Source: Cenococcum geophilum
Lineage: Eukaryota
Direction of reading: 5' to 3'
NCBI GenBank assembly: GCA_050273025.1
Contig: CP158635.1
Span: 29,698,001 to 29,762,000 of the forward strand
Length of the DNA stretch: 64,000 nucleotides
Every line of letters starts with the position of its first letter. Position 1 is the stretch's first letter. This document shows positions 23,986-37,729 of the stretch, piece after piece. The position numbers and the translations under genes were made by a program. The notes under the pieces were generated by a model, which was not told where the DNA came from, searched no databases, and was given only the letters and a program-made list of their open reading frames with translations.

Positions 23986-24957
23986 ATGGACTCCATCCGC
24001 TCCCTCCTCCAGCCCATAACGCACAACCTACCGGCGCCCATAACCAGCACAGGCCGAACCCTCCTCGGTCCCTTCTGCTACAAAACTCTAATCCTGGACA
24101 TCGACCCGTTTACTTCCCCGGACTGCCTCAAACTCGCCATCAGCAAGGCCCTTGGCATTGGTATCATCGGCGCCAGCTCCATCGTCAAGGTCCCGCAGCT
24201 GCTGAAGCTGCTGAACTCGCAGTCGGCCGCCGGTCTGTCCTTCCTGTCCTACCTGCTCGAGACGAGCTCGTACCTCATCAGCCTGAGCTACAATGTGCGT
24301 CACGGCTTCCCCTTCAGCACCTATGGCGAGACGGCCCTCATCCTGGTCCAGAACGTCGTCATCGCCGCGCTGGTGCTGAAATACTCAGGTCAGTCTGCTG
24401 GCGCTGCGGCGTGGGTGGCCGGACTCGCGGCGGCGGGTGCGGCCCTGTTTAGGGAGGATGTCGTCAATGTGAAGCAGCTTTCGTGGCTGCAAGCGGGTGC
24501 GGGGGTGTTGGGGGTTGCGAGCAAAGCGCCGCAGATCTATACTGTGTGGAGGGAAGGGGGAACAGGGCAGTTGAGCGCATTCGCCGTAAGTACACCACCT
24601 TCCACCACCACCACCCTCTACGCCTACATTTGTCTCTACTCTTTCAGCAAAGGGTACATGGCTGATTCTATACAATAGGTCTTCAACTACCTCCTCGGCT
24701 CCCTAAGCCGCATCTTCACCACCCTGCAGGAAGTTCCTGACCCACTCATCCTGTACGGCTTCGTTGCCGGCTTCGCTCTTAACGCTGTGCTCGCTGCGCA
24801 GATGATTTGGTACTGGAATAGCAGCGCGAGCAAGACGACCCCTACCTCCAAGCTCGAGCGTCCGGTTGGAGCGGATACCAAGCAAGCGATCGGAAGCAGC
24901 ACTGGCGCGTTTCCTTCGCAGAAGGCGAAGAGCCCAAGTACGCGTCGGAGAGGATAG
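23986..24957 (+). CDS. MPDU1: Mannose-P-dolichol utilization defect 1 homolog (PQ-loop protein), exons 23986-24585 and 24679-24957
   Basis: CLKLAISKALGIGIIGASSIVKVPQ, FPFSTYGET, SKAPQI..GTGQLSAFAVFNYLLGSLSRIFTTLQEV after removing the GT-AG intron. Confidence 0.93.
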
Positions 24958-25662
24958 TCGGCTCAATCTGGGGATTTTAATTATATTTCAGACTTTTTGT
25001 TCTTGTATGGCTGGGCTGAGCATGGCCTTAGACCCATGCTCGCTGATGCTGGGTTGGAGAAGGAATGGGCAGGATATCTATTCAACATACCTTCCCACCA
25101 GCAGTTTAATCAAATCTGACATGAAACTTCACCTGTCACAAGCCAGCTGATATGTTTTGTGATGCTCAAAACTGCTCCTACTTTTCTAGCCCTTGGTCCC
25201 ACCCTTACATCCGACCGTTTCATATGTAAGCCTGCTCGATTTGCATCGATTCGTCTCACAAGGTAGCAGATCTCTCACGCCTATCATTCCAAAGACTTTC
25301 AGAAAGCAGTTTTATTACCACCATAGTACAGTTCTCGCCCGCCCTTCCCAGCCCCTCAGAAAACCTCCATCCTGTTCGCAGAATATCCCAGAAAAGAAAA
25401 AGAAAGGCCCTTTCACAAGACGAGCATACAGTTCATCCAGAAAAGCCCGCACTTTCACCCCAGCGCAATTTTGCCCCTAATAAGTTCCGGTCACACGCCC
25501 CAAAAGGCATCCAAGCAAGCAAACAGCCCGGCCGTAAACCCGAGCCTGCAGGCACCATAAGTCAGACCCGCACACTATCTCATATCCTACCCTCCCACGC
25601 AGACCAAACCCAGCTCAACCCATTGAAATCATAGCCTCCCACCCCCCGCTCTTTCCCCATCC

Positions 25663-28411
25663 CTAAAACCCGTCATCAGACCCGTCCCCAAACAGTCCAC
25701 TCTCCGCCGCCCTCCCCGCCGCATCCCACATACTCTCCAGCTCCTCCTCCTGCTGCTCCACAATCTGCAGCATCTGATTCCCATCCCCATTCTCATTCTC
25801 ATGCACCTCAATCTCCGCCTCCGCCCTAACCTCCGCCTGGACAACCGCCGGTGTCAGCCCACGCGAAACGCTGCGTCGAGCACGCGGGCCAACTTCCGGC
25901 GCGCGCGATCCAGCGCGCGAGCCCGGCTGACTGGCACGCTTAGTCGCGGTCGGCGGGACGGAGAGGCCGCGCGAGGCGGGGCGTGACGAGGCCACGAGAA
26001 GCGAGCTAGCAGGCGGCTGGACCGACTGCGCGCGGGAGGCGGGCTGCGGCGACGGGGAGCGGTGACCGTTCGGTATGGAGCTGTCGCCGTTGGTGGCGTG
26101 GGCGTCGGTGTCCGCTGGCGGAGGGGTGGTGAACAGAGAGGAGGCAGAGGCGGGAGCGGAGGCGGGAGCGGAGGCGGGAGCGGCGGCAGGAGCGGCGGCG
26201 GGCTCTGCCATGTCCATCGTGTCTTGGGGGGACACAGCTTGCAGCTCTTCTTCGAAGCTAGGCTCGGCGCCAGCTTGGGGGTCGGCTGCGGCGGCAGGCT
26301 CGTCCACGTCCATTCTGGAGGCCTCGTCTTCTGCGGTCTCAGCAGGAGTGGCAGCGGTGCTGTGGGTGGTGTCTTGGCCGGCGAGGGACATGATAAAGTC
26401 CCATTCAGCTTTAGTGACTTTGCTGACGCTGAGTCGGCTTTGTTTGACGAGCTGCATGTTCTCGAGTGGACCGTAGGGATAAGCGTGCGACTTGAGAGTC
26501 TCCAAGCTGATGAGTTCGGGGAATTTCTGCTTGAAGGCAACGTGCACGAGGTGCCACTTCGGGCTGTCGCGCGAGGACTTGGGGTCGAAGTAGAGGTGCT
26601 TTTCGTTGAATGCGGACTCTGTAGGAAGGTCAGTAATGGGTACTAAGGACTGGATATGGCAAACGCGAAATCTCCGGTGTCCTTCATCGACCGAGACCGA
26701 AAAGGGAATGGATAAAACCAACCGTCAACAGAGCTCTCCTGCGCGATCTCCATGATGCCAGCAATGCCGGGCACCTTGCAGTTGGAATGGTAGAAGAACG
26801 CAAGGTCTCCAAGCTTCATCGCCATCATGTTATTCCTAGCGACATAGTTGCGAACGCCTAGGTGCTTCATTAGCCACGATGGAAAGGTAAGGCTAGGATA
26901 GAATGCCTAGAGGACTCACCATCCCAAGGCACGGGCGTCTCAGCAGCCATCAAATCATCAATGGAGAACTTGACATCGTATTCGCCCTCAATTCTGGACT
27001 CCGGTTCTGCCTTCATGAGCCAGTAGCGGCGTCCATCGTCTGCAGCAGTATCCTCAGTCGGAGCCGCAGCATCCTCGGTCGGAGCCGCAACATCCTCAGT
27101 CAGAGCCGCAACATCCTCAGTCAGAGCCGCAGCATCCTCAGTCGGAGCCGCAGCATCCTCAGTCGGAGCCGCAGCATCCTCGGTCGGAGCCGCAGCATCC
27201 TCGGTCGGAGCCGCAGCATCCTCGGTCGGAGCCGCAGCATCCTCGGTCGGAGCCGCAGCATCCTCAGTCAGAGCCGCAGCATTCTTCTCGGCTCTCTTGG
27301 CTGGTGCAGCTCTGACATTCTTCTCTGTGGCTTTGGCCGTGACCTTCGAGATCTGAGTCTTAGGCTTGTTGGCTGCGCCCTTCGGTCGTCCAAGGGGTTT
27401 TCCAGTTGGAGGTCTTCCACGCTGCTTCTTCGCAGTGGGTGCGGAATCTTCTGTATTACCAGCGGCTGGTCGTCCACGTTTCTTCCCCGAGCTAGCACTG
27501 GGTCCTTTAGCTGCGGTAGATACTGGTTTAGCAGCCAGCTCTGACTTTGGAGGGCGGCCTCTGCGCTTGGTGACTGTATCCTCCTTCGCTTTAACTGGGC
27601 CACGTCCCTTGCGCTTGGGAGGTTCGGAAGCTAGCTCGTCAGTTTCAGGATCTTGGGACTTAGCAGCTGGAGGACGACCTCTACGCTTAGGAGCCTCTTC
27701 AGTAGTCTCTCCCGGAGCTTTAGCAGCAGCTGGACGGCCTTTGCGATTGGGGGTGGCGATGGGTCGCTCCTCAGCTTCCGCTTCCTGAGCGAGACCAATC
27801 GAACCACGGCTACTGCGTCTAAGAGCAGGCTGCTCGACTGCAGCCTCCTTAGCTTTAGTCTCCTTTGGTTGAGATTTGTCAGTTGGCGGGCGCCCTCTGC
27901 GCTTGGGAGTGACATCAGCGGCAGGTTCCTTCTCTTGCGTCGCGGTTTTCGCAGGACGGCCACGACGCTTAGGAGCTGCCTCAGCAGGCTCTTCCTCGGC
28001 CTCTTCAGCAGCAGTGGTAGCAGCCTCCTTTGCCGGCCTGCCCCTCCGCCTCGACGTCTCAGCTTTCACTTCCTCGACTGCCTCTTCCACCTTCTTCGCG
28101 CCGCGTCCGCGCTTCTTCGGCGCCTCAACCTCATTCTCAGCTTCGTTCTCAGCCTCATTCTCAACCGCCTTGATCAGTTCATCAATCAACTGCTCCGCCG
28201 CGTCCGCCTCATCGTTCCCTTTCATAGAAGGACGGCCACGCCGCTTTGACGTCATGTTAGGGGTTGCGGCATCCACGTCCTTCGCAGCCTTGCCGGCTTT
28301 CGTTTTCTTGGGCGTGGGTTCTTCGACAGCTGCAGCTGTGGGAGGGCGACCGCGTTTGGTGCGTGTTGGGGGAGCAGGAGCTGCTGAAGCTTTGCTTTTC
28401 TTGGGTGGCAT
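25663..28411 (-). CDS. Multi-AT-hook protein with EVE (THYN1-like) domain; introns 26858-26919 and 26619-26722
   Basis: About a dozen (K/R)RGRP-type AT-hooks; EVE motifs YWLMKAEPESR, WDGVRNYVARNNM, AFFYHSNCKVPGI, YFDPKS..PKW..V, QSRLSVSKV joined by splicing. Confidence 0.92.
27043..27281. repeat. Coding 21-bp minisatellite, 11 units encoding (P/L)TED(A/V)AA
   Basis: Tandem GCAGCATCCTC(G/A)GTC(G/A)GAGCC, several copies identical. Confidence 0.95.
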
Positions 28412-29327
28412 GGCGACGGTTCCTCAATCGCTTGAAGATGTGCGTGGAGAGACGAGAAGCGTTGGTTGTGGTCAGGTATGAGCAGCGTGAGGATGCGACG
28501 CGTAGTTAGCAACGCGTATGTCGATGAGATATATTCGCGTAGGATGGATTTTTTGGATTTGTATAGTTGAGATTGATGAGTTCAGTGGCTATACAATATC
28601 CGAAGTTGACTTCTAGTATTCGATCGTGATAGGCGCGTTAGCTGATACGGCGCGGATTGGAGGATGTAGTATCCGAAAAAAAAGAACGCGCTAATGTATC
28701 TGCGCTGACAGAAAGATAGAACTGAGCTCTTAAATGCTTACCAACTGCCTAGAAATTGGCATGGTAGCAAAGTTGGAGAAGAGCTGAAAGATGGAGAAAA
28801 GGAGAAGAAGTTTAGTATGGGGAGGAAATCGCGAGGTTGGGTGGATGTTTTGAATGCGGCAAGGCGGCAGAAAAGGCGAATTCGAAGTTGCAGGGGTGCG
28901 AAAATGGAATTGCCCAAAGCGCCCCGCATTCCGAAGAAATGTCTCAATGTTTAGATCTGAACTTGTCGCTCTATGTAAGACGCCCTAGTAATATCAAGTT
29001 TTTTATATTTCGGTCCTGCTTGAGAGAAGGAATCAACCGGAATCATTCAAATATTACTTCGTCACCCTGCACTGGGAGAATCTAACTTCACAGCGTCGTC
29101 GGGACTAAACTCGCATACATCACGCATATGAAAAGTTGTACATCATAGGTAAAACTGTGCATCAATCCACCATTTCGGAGTTTGAACATTTCCGCATTGC
29201 TAGCTAGGCCCTGTTCGCAAACATACAGAAGCCAGACCGTATACGTGCATCATCTCATCGAACTTCAGCAAGAAACCCGTAAATGCCCATGAAAAGAAGT
29301 CACTCTCTCCTCGCTTCATGCATCTGC

Positions 29328-30337
29328 CTAATACCTCTTGCCCTCCCTCAGCACATCGCTGTACTCCTCCAGTGGGCTCCTGTTAAGCTTCGTCTCTTTC
29401 CACAGGTTAGGTGTGAGGAAACCGTACGTGTTAGAGACGGCGACGAAGGTAGCCTTAAGGGTATTTTCGAGGGTCTTGGTAGAGCCAGACGATGCAGTGT
29501 AGATGTCTTGCACACCAGCGAGCTGGAGAAGGCGCTTGACGGCGGGCGATGCGACGAGACCAGTACCACGGGGAGCAGGAATGAGCTTTCGTAAATTAAC
29601 AACAGCTCTCGCTTGGGTGTGTCTAGAACATGAGTATAGAAAGATTTTAACTCACCCTAACAGTGACACTACCACACTTTCCGCTCTCCTTGGTTGGCAG
29701 CGAATGCGGCTCACCGAGGTTGGTACCCCAGTAACCTCTTCGGATGGGCACAACGCTGAGCTTCGCGATGATGATGGCAGCACGGATGGCGGTAGCGACT
29801 TCCTTAGAGGTCTTGATACCGAGGCCAATGTGGCCCTCCGAGTCACCAATGACGACGATGGCCTTGAAGCGGGTACGCTGACCGGCACGGGTCTGCTTCT
29901 GTACAGGCTTGATCTGTAGTTGAGATGAACAAGTTAGCAATCCGTTTCAGGCCCATTCCTAACAATTCTTTTCGCTCGTCTAGATATTTTATGTTGGAAG
30001 GTGTCTCAGCCCATCCACTTCCCATGTGTTCTCATCCCACCCACGAGGCTAAAATTCTCACCTTCATAACCTCATCCTTCAGCTTCGGTAGGAAGAAGTC
30101 CACAATCTGGTACTCCTTGATGGGCAGCGAATGCAGGTAGATCTCTTCCATACTCTTGATCTTGCCAGCCTTTACCAGACGGCCCAACTTGGTGACCGGC
30201 TGCCATTCCTTCTCCTCAGACTTGCCGCCGCCGCGACGACCACGGCCTCGTCCACGTCCGCGACCTCTGTCACCGCCGCGGTCACCACGAGATCCGAATC
30301 CGCCGCGAGCTCCGGCTGGGGCGGGCGCGTCAGCCAT
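29328..30337 (-). CDS. RPS2: 40S ribosomal protein S2 (uS5), 3 exons
   Basis: RG-rich N-terminus, [51 protein letters not shown]. Confidence 0.97.
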
Positions 30338-31467
30338 GTTGATCGAGTATCAAGAGATTAGTTTTGGTGGGGTCGGATTGGGGGGGACGAGCTGGTATAG
30401 AGTCAGTTGAGATGAATTGGGAGGATGAGGTATTCTGTGGGAATATGAGGGACATACAGCAAAAAGTATCTGGTGTTGGGCGAATAAATCGTCGTCTCGA
30501 CTCGATGTCGAAGAAGGCATGGAATGTCGAAATTTGGTGCGTGAGTTCGGCTAATCTTCGGGGTTACTAAGCGAGCTAATCACGTCCCACATTAACTCAA
30601 CACCATTACCGCTATCACGAGAATTCTGCTAGCGGATATATTATAACGCGAATTAAACCACATAAGTATTTCTATCATTCTAATAACAGGAATCTCCGGC
30701 CATTGAGCCGCGGTGCATAATCCGAGAGTATGAATGGCAGAATATACGGTTCGCTTCTACCATTCACAATCCTTCAGTCCAATCAACATCTCTTATGAAC
30801 TCCCCACACCGCACACTTAGTATACACGAGCATCCGCCCTGAAAGCCGTTAACAACAAAATAAGGAGATGCAAGCATGCGTGAGCCTGTCCCAATTCTGA
30901 TGCGCCAAATCCTTTGCAGGTGACTAAGAATCGACAAGAGACCCTGATAAAAAACAAAGCTCTCCGTAGCGGATATGAAAAAGTCATCAGTACGAAAAGA
31001 AAACAGCTAATCCCACGCTCATACGCCATGAGGCGCAACCCGTCTTGGCCCAACAAAATCATAACTCAACAGCTGATCGAATGAGGCAGTTCAGGCAGGG
31101 TTGACGTCTACAACTCCAGTTTCTGAGCCCAGTTCATGCTTGCGACGCCGCTGCTATGCCACCTAGAGGTTTGCGTCTCTTGTGAGGATTCGCCTAAATC
31201 CACAGACAAGGACCTGCGAAGCATTTGACTCTTTAAGCGCCGCATCGGTGTTTTTTTGGATTTGTTTTTCTTTCGGCTTCAAGCTGGGCTGCACGATCAA
31301 GGTCCGGCATTTCGCGTTGAAGAGCATCCCGTTGAGGTCCGATTGCAGTTTGTCGATGCTCCTCTCCTGACTTGACCTGTTCCAGGCGTTTCTGATACAG
31401 TTCAAAGTTGCTAGAAATTTCTGAAGTCCTACTGACACCTGACCGGCCCTACACAGGGACGGTGGTG

Positions 31468-33221
31468 TTAGTAGCTCTGTAGAGGTTGATTTGCAGGCTG
31501 TGAATGACGGAAGTTAGCCAATATCCGGGATATATACATATAAAAATGGGAGGTGCGCTACGACGCTCGGGATATATTCGGACGTACTGGGCTGTTCAGC
31601 ATACTCTGTCGCTTGTTGCGACTCTTCTTGATATGGCTCTTTAGTGCGCTAGAATCGAGAGGCTTTAAAAGTTCAAAGCTGCAAAGTAATTCTGCGGAAA
31701 CAGACATGACGGCTCCCCAATTGTCGAATTCCCCACAATACTGGTCTAATTAGTAAATAAAATATTGTTAGAGTTAGCTTGACTTACATTCGGCGCAGAG
31801 AACACGGTAACCAAGATCCGATCATTAAAAAATTCATATCCATCTTCAACCACCATGTGCGCTCTGCATACCAAATCGAAATCGTGTCGCTGCAAAAATT
31901 CCATGATGACTTTCTTCCCGAAACAGTAACTGACACCCCGTTCGTTGGATTCCCAATCATTCTCCATATCTGCTGGGTCACTCCAGAGTAGATCATTCAG
32001 CAAGCCATAGTCTGGGACGTCGGTAGGTCTTGCGATCTGACGTATGTCATCCATATGCGACAAACTTGGAGAGAGGCCACCATGAACGCAGAAAATTTTT
32101 CCAGCAACGATAGACGCGATTGGAAGTGTGTTGAAGGTGTCGACGAACGCTTTCCAAACCTTGACATTACATCGGCGTTTGCATTCGTCATAAAACCCGT
32201 AGACTCTGGTAACGTTGGCGCACTCATGGTTTCCACGTAGGAGGAAGAAGTTTTCTGGAAACTTGAGCTTGTAGCACAGGAGCAACAAGATGGTCTCCAG
32301 ACTTTGCTTTCCTCTGTCGACGTAATCACCCAGAAATAGGTAGTTAGAGTTGGGCGGAAAGCCACACATTTCAAACATTCGGATAAGATCAGTGTATTGG
32401 CCGTGGACATCGCCGACAATCTTGACGGGGGGTGAGAGCTCCAGAAGCGCTGGCTGAGACAGGAACACTTCCCTTGCAGCTTGACAGATCGCAAATATTT
32501 CCGCATTCTTCAAACAGACCGTCTTGGTTACCTTTCCTGCGTAGGCGGCGTCTAGCAATCGCTGAATCATGTCGTCAAGGTCAGTTACCTTGAGTGCGCC
32601 AATTTCCATTGGTGAGCCGGAGCCATCTGTGGGAGCCGGCGTTTCAGGAACCCTAGGTATAGGCTGATCCCTCTTCTGAAGTATGGACTCCTTTGGTTGC
32701 TGGGCGGAGGACGGCATCGGAACCCCGCTGGGAGGGGCATCAGAAACATGATCGACCTCACCAGTTCGTTGTGCTCGATCTACAGAATCATGCCCATGGC
32801 CAAGCGAGGCTGATTGTATTGGTGAAGGAGGAGGTTGTGGGCTCTCGGAGAGAGCATTCGCGCGGGCTGCAGAAGCATCGACGGTTGGCGTTTGCGCGGA
32901 TGAAGATGACCCTCGACGCGACCGCTGGCTAGCGGATTTGGCGCTGACTGCCGACTTAGTTGATGCAGCATCTGATTTGTCAATTCCGCCGTTGCTTGGA
33001 CCAGTCTCGATGCTGAGTCCAGAAGTAGAGTTCCTAGGGCTCTCTGTCTTCCCGCTTCCAGGTATCTTGGATTTAATGGAACTGCGCAAAGATCGGGAAG
33101 ACTCTTTCGTATCCGATCTGTTAAACGAAGGATAGTTGTCCCGCTCTAATGCGAGTCCCTCGCTCGATGGCTTCGCTCCCTCGCCTTTATCCTTTTTATT
33201 GCTGGAGGGCTGATTACCCAT
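31468..33221 (-). CDS. PPZ1: Ser/Thr protein phosphatase PP-Z
   Basis: ATG at 33221 (MGNQPS, myristoylation-type start), Ser-rich N-terminal extension, [47 protein letters not shown]; short last exon PANQPLQSY*. Confidence 0.95.
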
Positions 33222-35779
33222 GCTGCCCAATGACTGAAGTGTCTAGGTGCGGTGTTTGTTCCTACTCAAGCTGGATGTGGAGAATGTTTTGGTGTAGGGA
33301 AGGAGGGGTGTGACAGCCCAAACGCGACAGGGATTGCAGTCTCCGTTCCTTCCGTTTTTTGCCGACTCCGTATCCTCCTCAGCCACTTGCCAAGTTTTTG
33401 TAGATTGGCGACCGTTGTAAGGATAGAAGGAAGGCGTGTTAGGGAGGCTTGTAGAGCCTCGAGAGGAAGGCGAGGAACCGGGCTTCGACTGAAGCTGTCG
33501 TTATCGCGTTGGCAGGACAGTGGCCACGGCCTATCGGCAGAAGAGAAGGGGGGAGCGAGTCTGCCGAGGGGGGAGGGGAATACTGTTTTTGAGCCAGGTT
33601 AGATACTGTTTCCTGAAATCAATATAGGGTTCGTGAGAAGGCGTTCATGGAGGCGAGGCTAATGTTGATGACGGCAAGCGGGTGACGGCAAGTCGGCGCA
33701 CGAACTAGAACTGGTTCAAATAAGCCTGGGTGCTTTATTAATCGGATATCGGTGTGATTTGCGAGCGATGATGTGCGACGAAGCTACAGCAGGGCTTCAA
33801 CCGGTCAAGAAAGTGGATTGTAGGAAGATGCGACATGTGATAGGCAAGGCAGTCACTAGCCAGGGTGGCGGGCAGACTTACATTCGGTGAGCGCAACAGT
33901 GGTGCGCAATTCTGCGAAAGGGCGGGGAAGTGAAGCGGTGGACAAGAAGGGGCTGGAGGAGCGGGAGGGCGGGCAGGTCAAGATACAGAGTGAAAGTTGT
34001 TCAGTGCGAGGAGCGTTGGCTGTGCTCGTAGGACCGCTGCTATTTGCCCGCGGCGCTGACGGGGCAGAAGCCCCGGGCCTCTTGGATGACTTGGCGGAGA
34101 AATCGGACGGCATTCAAAAGAACACCAGGAAAGGCGCAGACATTCTTTTCTACGAACACCCGTCTCCTTCCATCTCACTCCCCTCTGTTCACTGCTAACC
34201 AGCCACGCGTCTCCAACTCGCCTCCGTGAGTCACCTCTACTCTTCAAAATGCGAACCGCGTGGGGGATTTAGACTTCTAATATGGTCTGACCACTTGACC
34301 ACAACATAATGCAGCATCATGCTGCCACCCGATTCATGAAGCGTGTCACAGCATATGTGCGGGATAGAATCTCCTTTATCTCAGGGGATTGTAAAAATCC
34401 CATTGTTCCGTATTCTCCTCCCAAACCTTTGCCGTCATATACAAACGACTCGAAGCAGCCGCGTGAACAACGTTTGAAATTCGACTTCAATGATTTTCTT
34501 TCTGTGCGTTTGCTTCCATTCTCACCAGAGTTGCGCCAAGGCATTAACTCAGTAATGTTATACTCAGTTATGCATCGTAACATTTGGGCTGGTCAGGCAG
34601 AGATACAGAAAGCCACCAAATACGAAGGATGAAGAATTGACGCATCCTTCGCGAAACTGAAGCGAGAGAATACAGGAATAGTAATTTTAGCCACATTGCT
34701 TGAGAAATAAGATTGCCAATCTCAGAGGAATTGTCCTGAAAGGCTTCAGTGCTATATCACGAGGATAGATATGATTAGACAGGATAGTTAAAAGATCAAC
34801 CAACGATCACAGCTCCAGTCCGCTACTCACTGCGCCAAACTCTTTGAAGTCAGTCACGGCTGCCCTAACTTAGTTGCAGCACTACAGACAACAACGCAAC
34901 AGATACCCTGGGTAAAGGACCTGGAAAGAGGCCTAAAGCGTTACCAGTTGCAAGATGCCACCTAGGAGAAGTTTCAATGTCAACACTGAACAAAATTAGA
35001 AAGTATCAACCTCTAAGAGGCTCATGGGCGGAATGCCGAAAATAAACTTCTGTTTGCAACAACAGTATATCAACCACGTTCCAAGATTTGTGCGGCCTTT
35101 GGAATTTGCATAAAGCCCTCCTGTTCTCTTCTCCACCAGCGACCGACGCGGAGTAGCCTGAATCCTGCAAACTCTGTGTTGTAGGTCAAATATCTACAAC
35201 GTGTTATTTTAAACTGTATTGACAAGAAATAATAGTAGTAGTAAATTCAGGCCTTTGCATAGCCGCGTCGGGGCATTTCAAACCTGCCAGCGCTAGAGTG
35301 CTTTAGTAGCTCTACTAAAACCGGGCGATTATTTACAATCTCAGAATTTTCATTGCCCTTGTTTAGATATAAACTAATCAAGGACTTCAAAGTTATTCAT
35401 ACATTGGCCGTGGACACTAACTAGCGAAGAAGGGCTTCTCAAAACCACCGTCTCTCCATTCTTCAGCGCCCTCTTTAGGTGGTTTCGGTTCCGTTATACT
35501 TGTGATGCGAAGTCTGTAAACATTATTTAAGAACCGAATCGAGCCCCTCGACTGAAAGCTATGCGCCAAGCTATCTACTGCAAACAAGATCATATGTACG
35601 TACACGTTCATGGTGTTGTTTGTTGTATTAGTTCTACCTGACATGAGATCGCACATAGCAAACATCAAGTACGCTAAACAGCCTTTGGAAGATGAATGTG
35701 AACGTAAATTAGGTATAATAGGCTCTTTAAGGCTCCATTCGACTTGTACTTCAATCTGAAATTAGGACAGCAACGAATC

Positions 35780-36400
35780 AGTGTCAGCGGCGTTCATACC
35801 ATGCTGAGTTCTCATGTGAGTGAGTAGAAGGCGTTGATCTTTGTGAATTGTGGAGCTTTTGCATCGGTTCAGGGCAGCGTTGGTGTGTAAGGTTTCTTCG
35901 ATGGTCCTGGGGTTTTTCAAGGGGTGGATAGTTCTTTGTTTCGCAGGCCCACTGTGAAGAACTCTTGCTGGTCCCCTCGTAGTTAGTGTATTTTCTTGAA
36001 ATGTCTCTTAAAAGAGACCTCCGTTTCGATGAATTGCGTTGATTTTCAACCCAGATATCGACAGCGCGTTGGCTGATAGCCGGAATGAGCAATGTTTATA
36101 TGCTTCTGAAGTTGCCATTCGGAAGTGTACACAGTTCTTGGACCGCACCCGTAAATACAAGGCCGAGGCTCCAATCTTGCCTTGCCTTTGTGGGTTTGAA
36201 GATAAGTTTTAAGTATCGTTTTGGCAGTAAAGGATTTGTGACATTCATCTACGTGGTACGGGAGCCTTGCTTTAGCTTTAGCCCTTTGTACAAGCATATC
36301 CGCATCAGTGGAGCAGGTTGGGAGATGTTGCCTGAGACCCTCTAAGCTTGGAAAGATGCTTTTGCATCCGTGCGCCTTGTTTAGATAAGTATGGATGAAC
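35780..36400 (-). pseudogene. Degenerate C2H2 zinc-finger gene fragment
   Basis: CHKSFTAKTILKTYLQTH, CIYGC..QLQKHINIAH, FKRHFKKIH with stops and frameshifts; abuts the repeat cluster at 36402. Confidence 0.5.
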
Positions 36401-36401
36401 G

Positions 36402-36545
36402 TTATCTCATAAATCCGACGCTTCGCAGAAGATTCAGGTGACTGACTTGGGGCAACGCACGGGCTGCATACTAACTCCTAGGCCAATCAGAACCCCTACA
36501 TACCCCCTGTCACCAAAATCTTCTGCGAAGCGTCTGAGCTTATAG
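36402..36545. mobile_element. Terminus of a TTATCTCA-type element with subterminal hairpin
   Basis: TTATCTCA at 36402; perfect 18-bp inverted repeat 36417-36434/36517-36534 ending in GTCTGAG; marks the start of the repeat cluster. Confidence 0.5.
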
Positions 36546-36660
36546 GTCACGGCTCGGCTGAGCGCCGAGTCGCTGAGCCGCACGTGACACTAACAACCCC
36601 CCGTCGACATTCGCGAATGTCCACGGCCAAGCCTGCAGCCAAGCCGTGGATATTTTTGAA

Positions 36661-37512
36661 TACAAGGGGGTAACCTGAGCGGGCTGCCGCCCTCCCTGCT
36701 AGCGCTGACGTGGGTTTAGGCCTAATAAAGTATAGCTCTTTGTATTATAAATGCATATAGAAGCCACTAGAATAGAAATATAAAACAATAGGGGGTAAGA
36801 GATCCTTATATCTTATATCCTAAAATGCCAAAATCTTGTTCGCCGGCAGCGTGGCCACCACCCTATTTCTATTCTTCGAGATCTAGGTACCCAACTCTCC
36901 TACTATAAGCGTAATATTACTTATTCCCTCTCTTAATACGCTAGCTGGCAACACTATAAGATTACTACCTCCCTTAGTATACCTCGCAGAACTGTATTAA
37001 ATTCTCTCTAAAAAGATATATAGACTCCTTATAAGCAGAGAGATAGGAAGCCAAATATTAATATACTAACACAATAGCGCCTTATTATACGTGCTAAGCT
37101 TAATCGCTTTCACTAACGGAAGCCATTTAAAGAGATTATATTCTTAAAGGGCGTCTCTACCTACAAGCAATCTTTATATAAAGCTTTTAAAAAGGAAGGC
37201 TACTTTTACCGCATTACTATAGAGAAGCCGCTTATTATACCTAAATAATAAGAGGTACGGCTAAGATGGGCCTATTTTTATTTAGAGTAAACTCCTAAAA
37301 TATAAGTAGTAGTAATTTAAATAAATAAGGCTTCTATTTAAATATGTAAAGGCTAGGTCTTTATTACTAGATACACTAAGGAGAAATATAATATTAATTA
37401 CTATATCCTTAAATTTAGGGGATATTTAAGCTAAATAATTTATAGTAGTATCTCCTATAGAAATAAGGGACCTTTAATAGTTTTTAAAAAGGACTAGTTA
37501 ACTAAGCTTAGC
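36661..37512 (+). mobile_element. RIP-mutated Tc1-like transposon, 5' half
   Basis: TA + TIR CAAGGGGGTAACCTGAGCGGG..; HTH region, EKPLI..RLRWA, VI*INKAS (WTDE), GPLIVFKKD; cut by an LTR at 37513. Confidence 0.75.
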
Positions 37513-37729
37513 TATAAGGGGACTTTATAAATAGGGGGCTATAAGGCACGATTGTAGGAATAGGATAAATTAGTAAAAGAGATAAATCTTTAAGGAGGTA
37601 AAGCCTCTAGGATTGTAGAGACTATATACTATAAGTATATACCTCTAGTATATAACCAGCGACCATCTAAGGGGCATTTAGGGGTTGCCCTAAGGGTAAC
37701 CTAAGGCGTCCGCAATAATATCCCTTATA
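37513..37729 (-). mobile_element. RIP-mutated LTR with adjacent polypurine tract
   Basis: Termini TATAAGGG..CCCTTATA (RIP form of TG..CA inverted ends), followed by CCCCTCCCCTTCT (PPT on minus). Confidence 0.5.

Noticed and set aside
26062..28481. Long + strand ORFs opposite the AT-hook/EVE gene
   Set aside because: Antisense shadows of a GC-rich, low-complexity coding strand.
29917..30061. Intronic box C/D snoRNA in RPS2
   Set aside because: Only a weak C-box match and no terminal stem.
33252..34632. Short ORFs upstream of PPZ1
   Set aside because: No recognisable motifs; composition fits a long 5' UTR and promoter.
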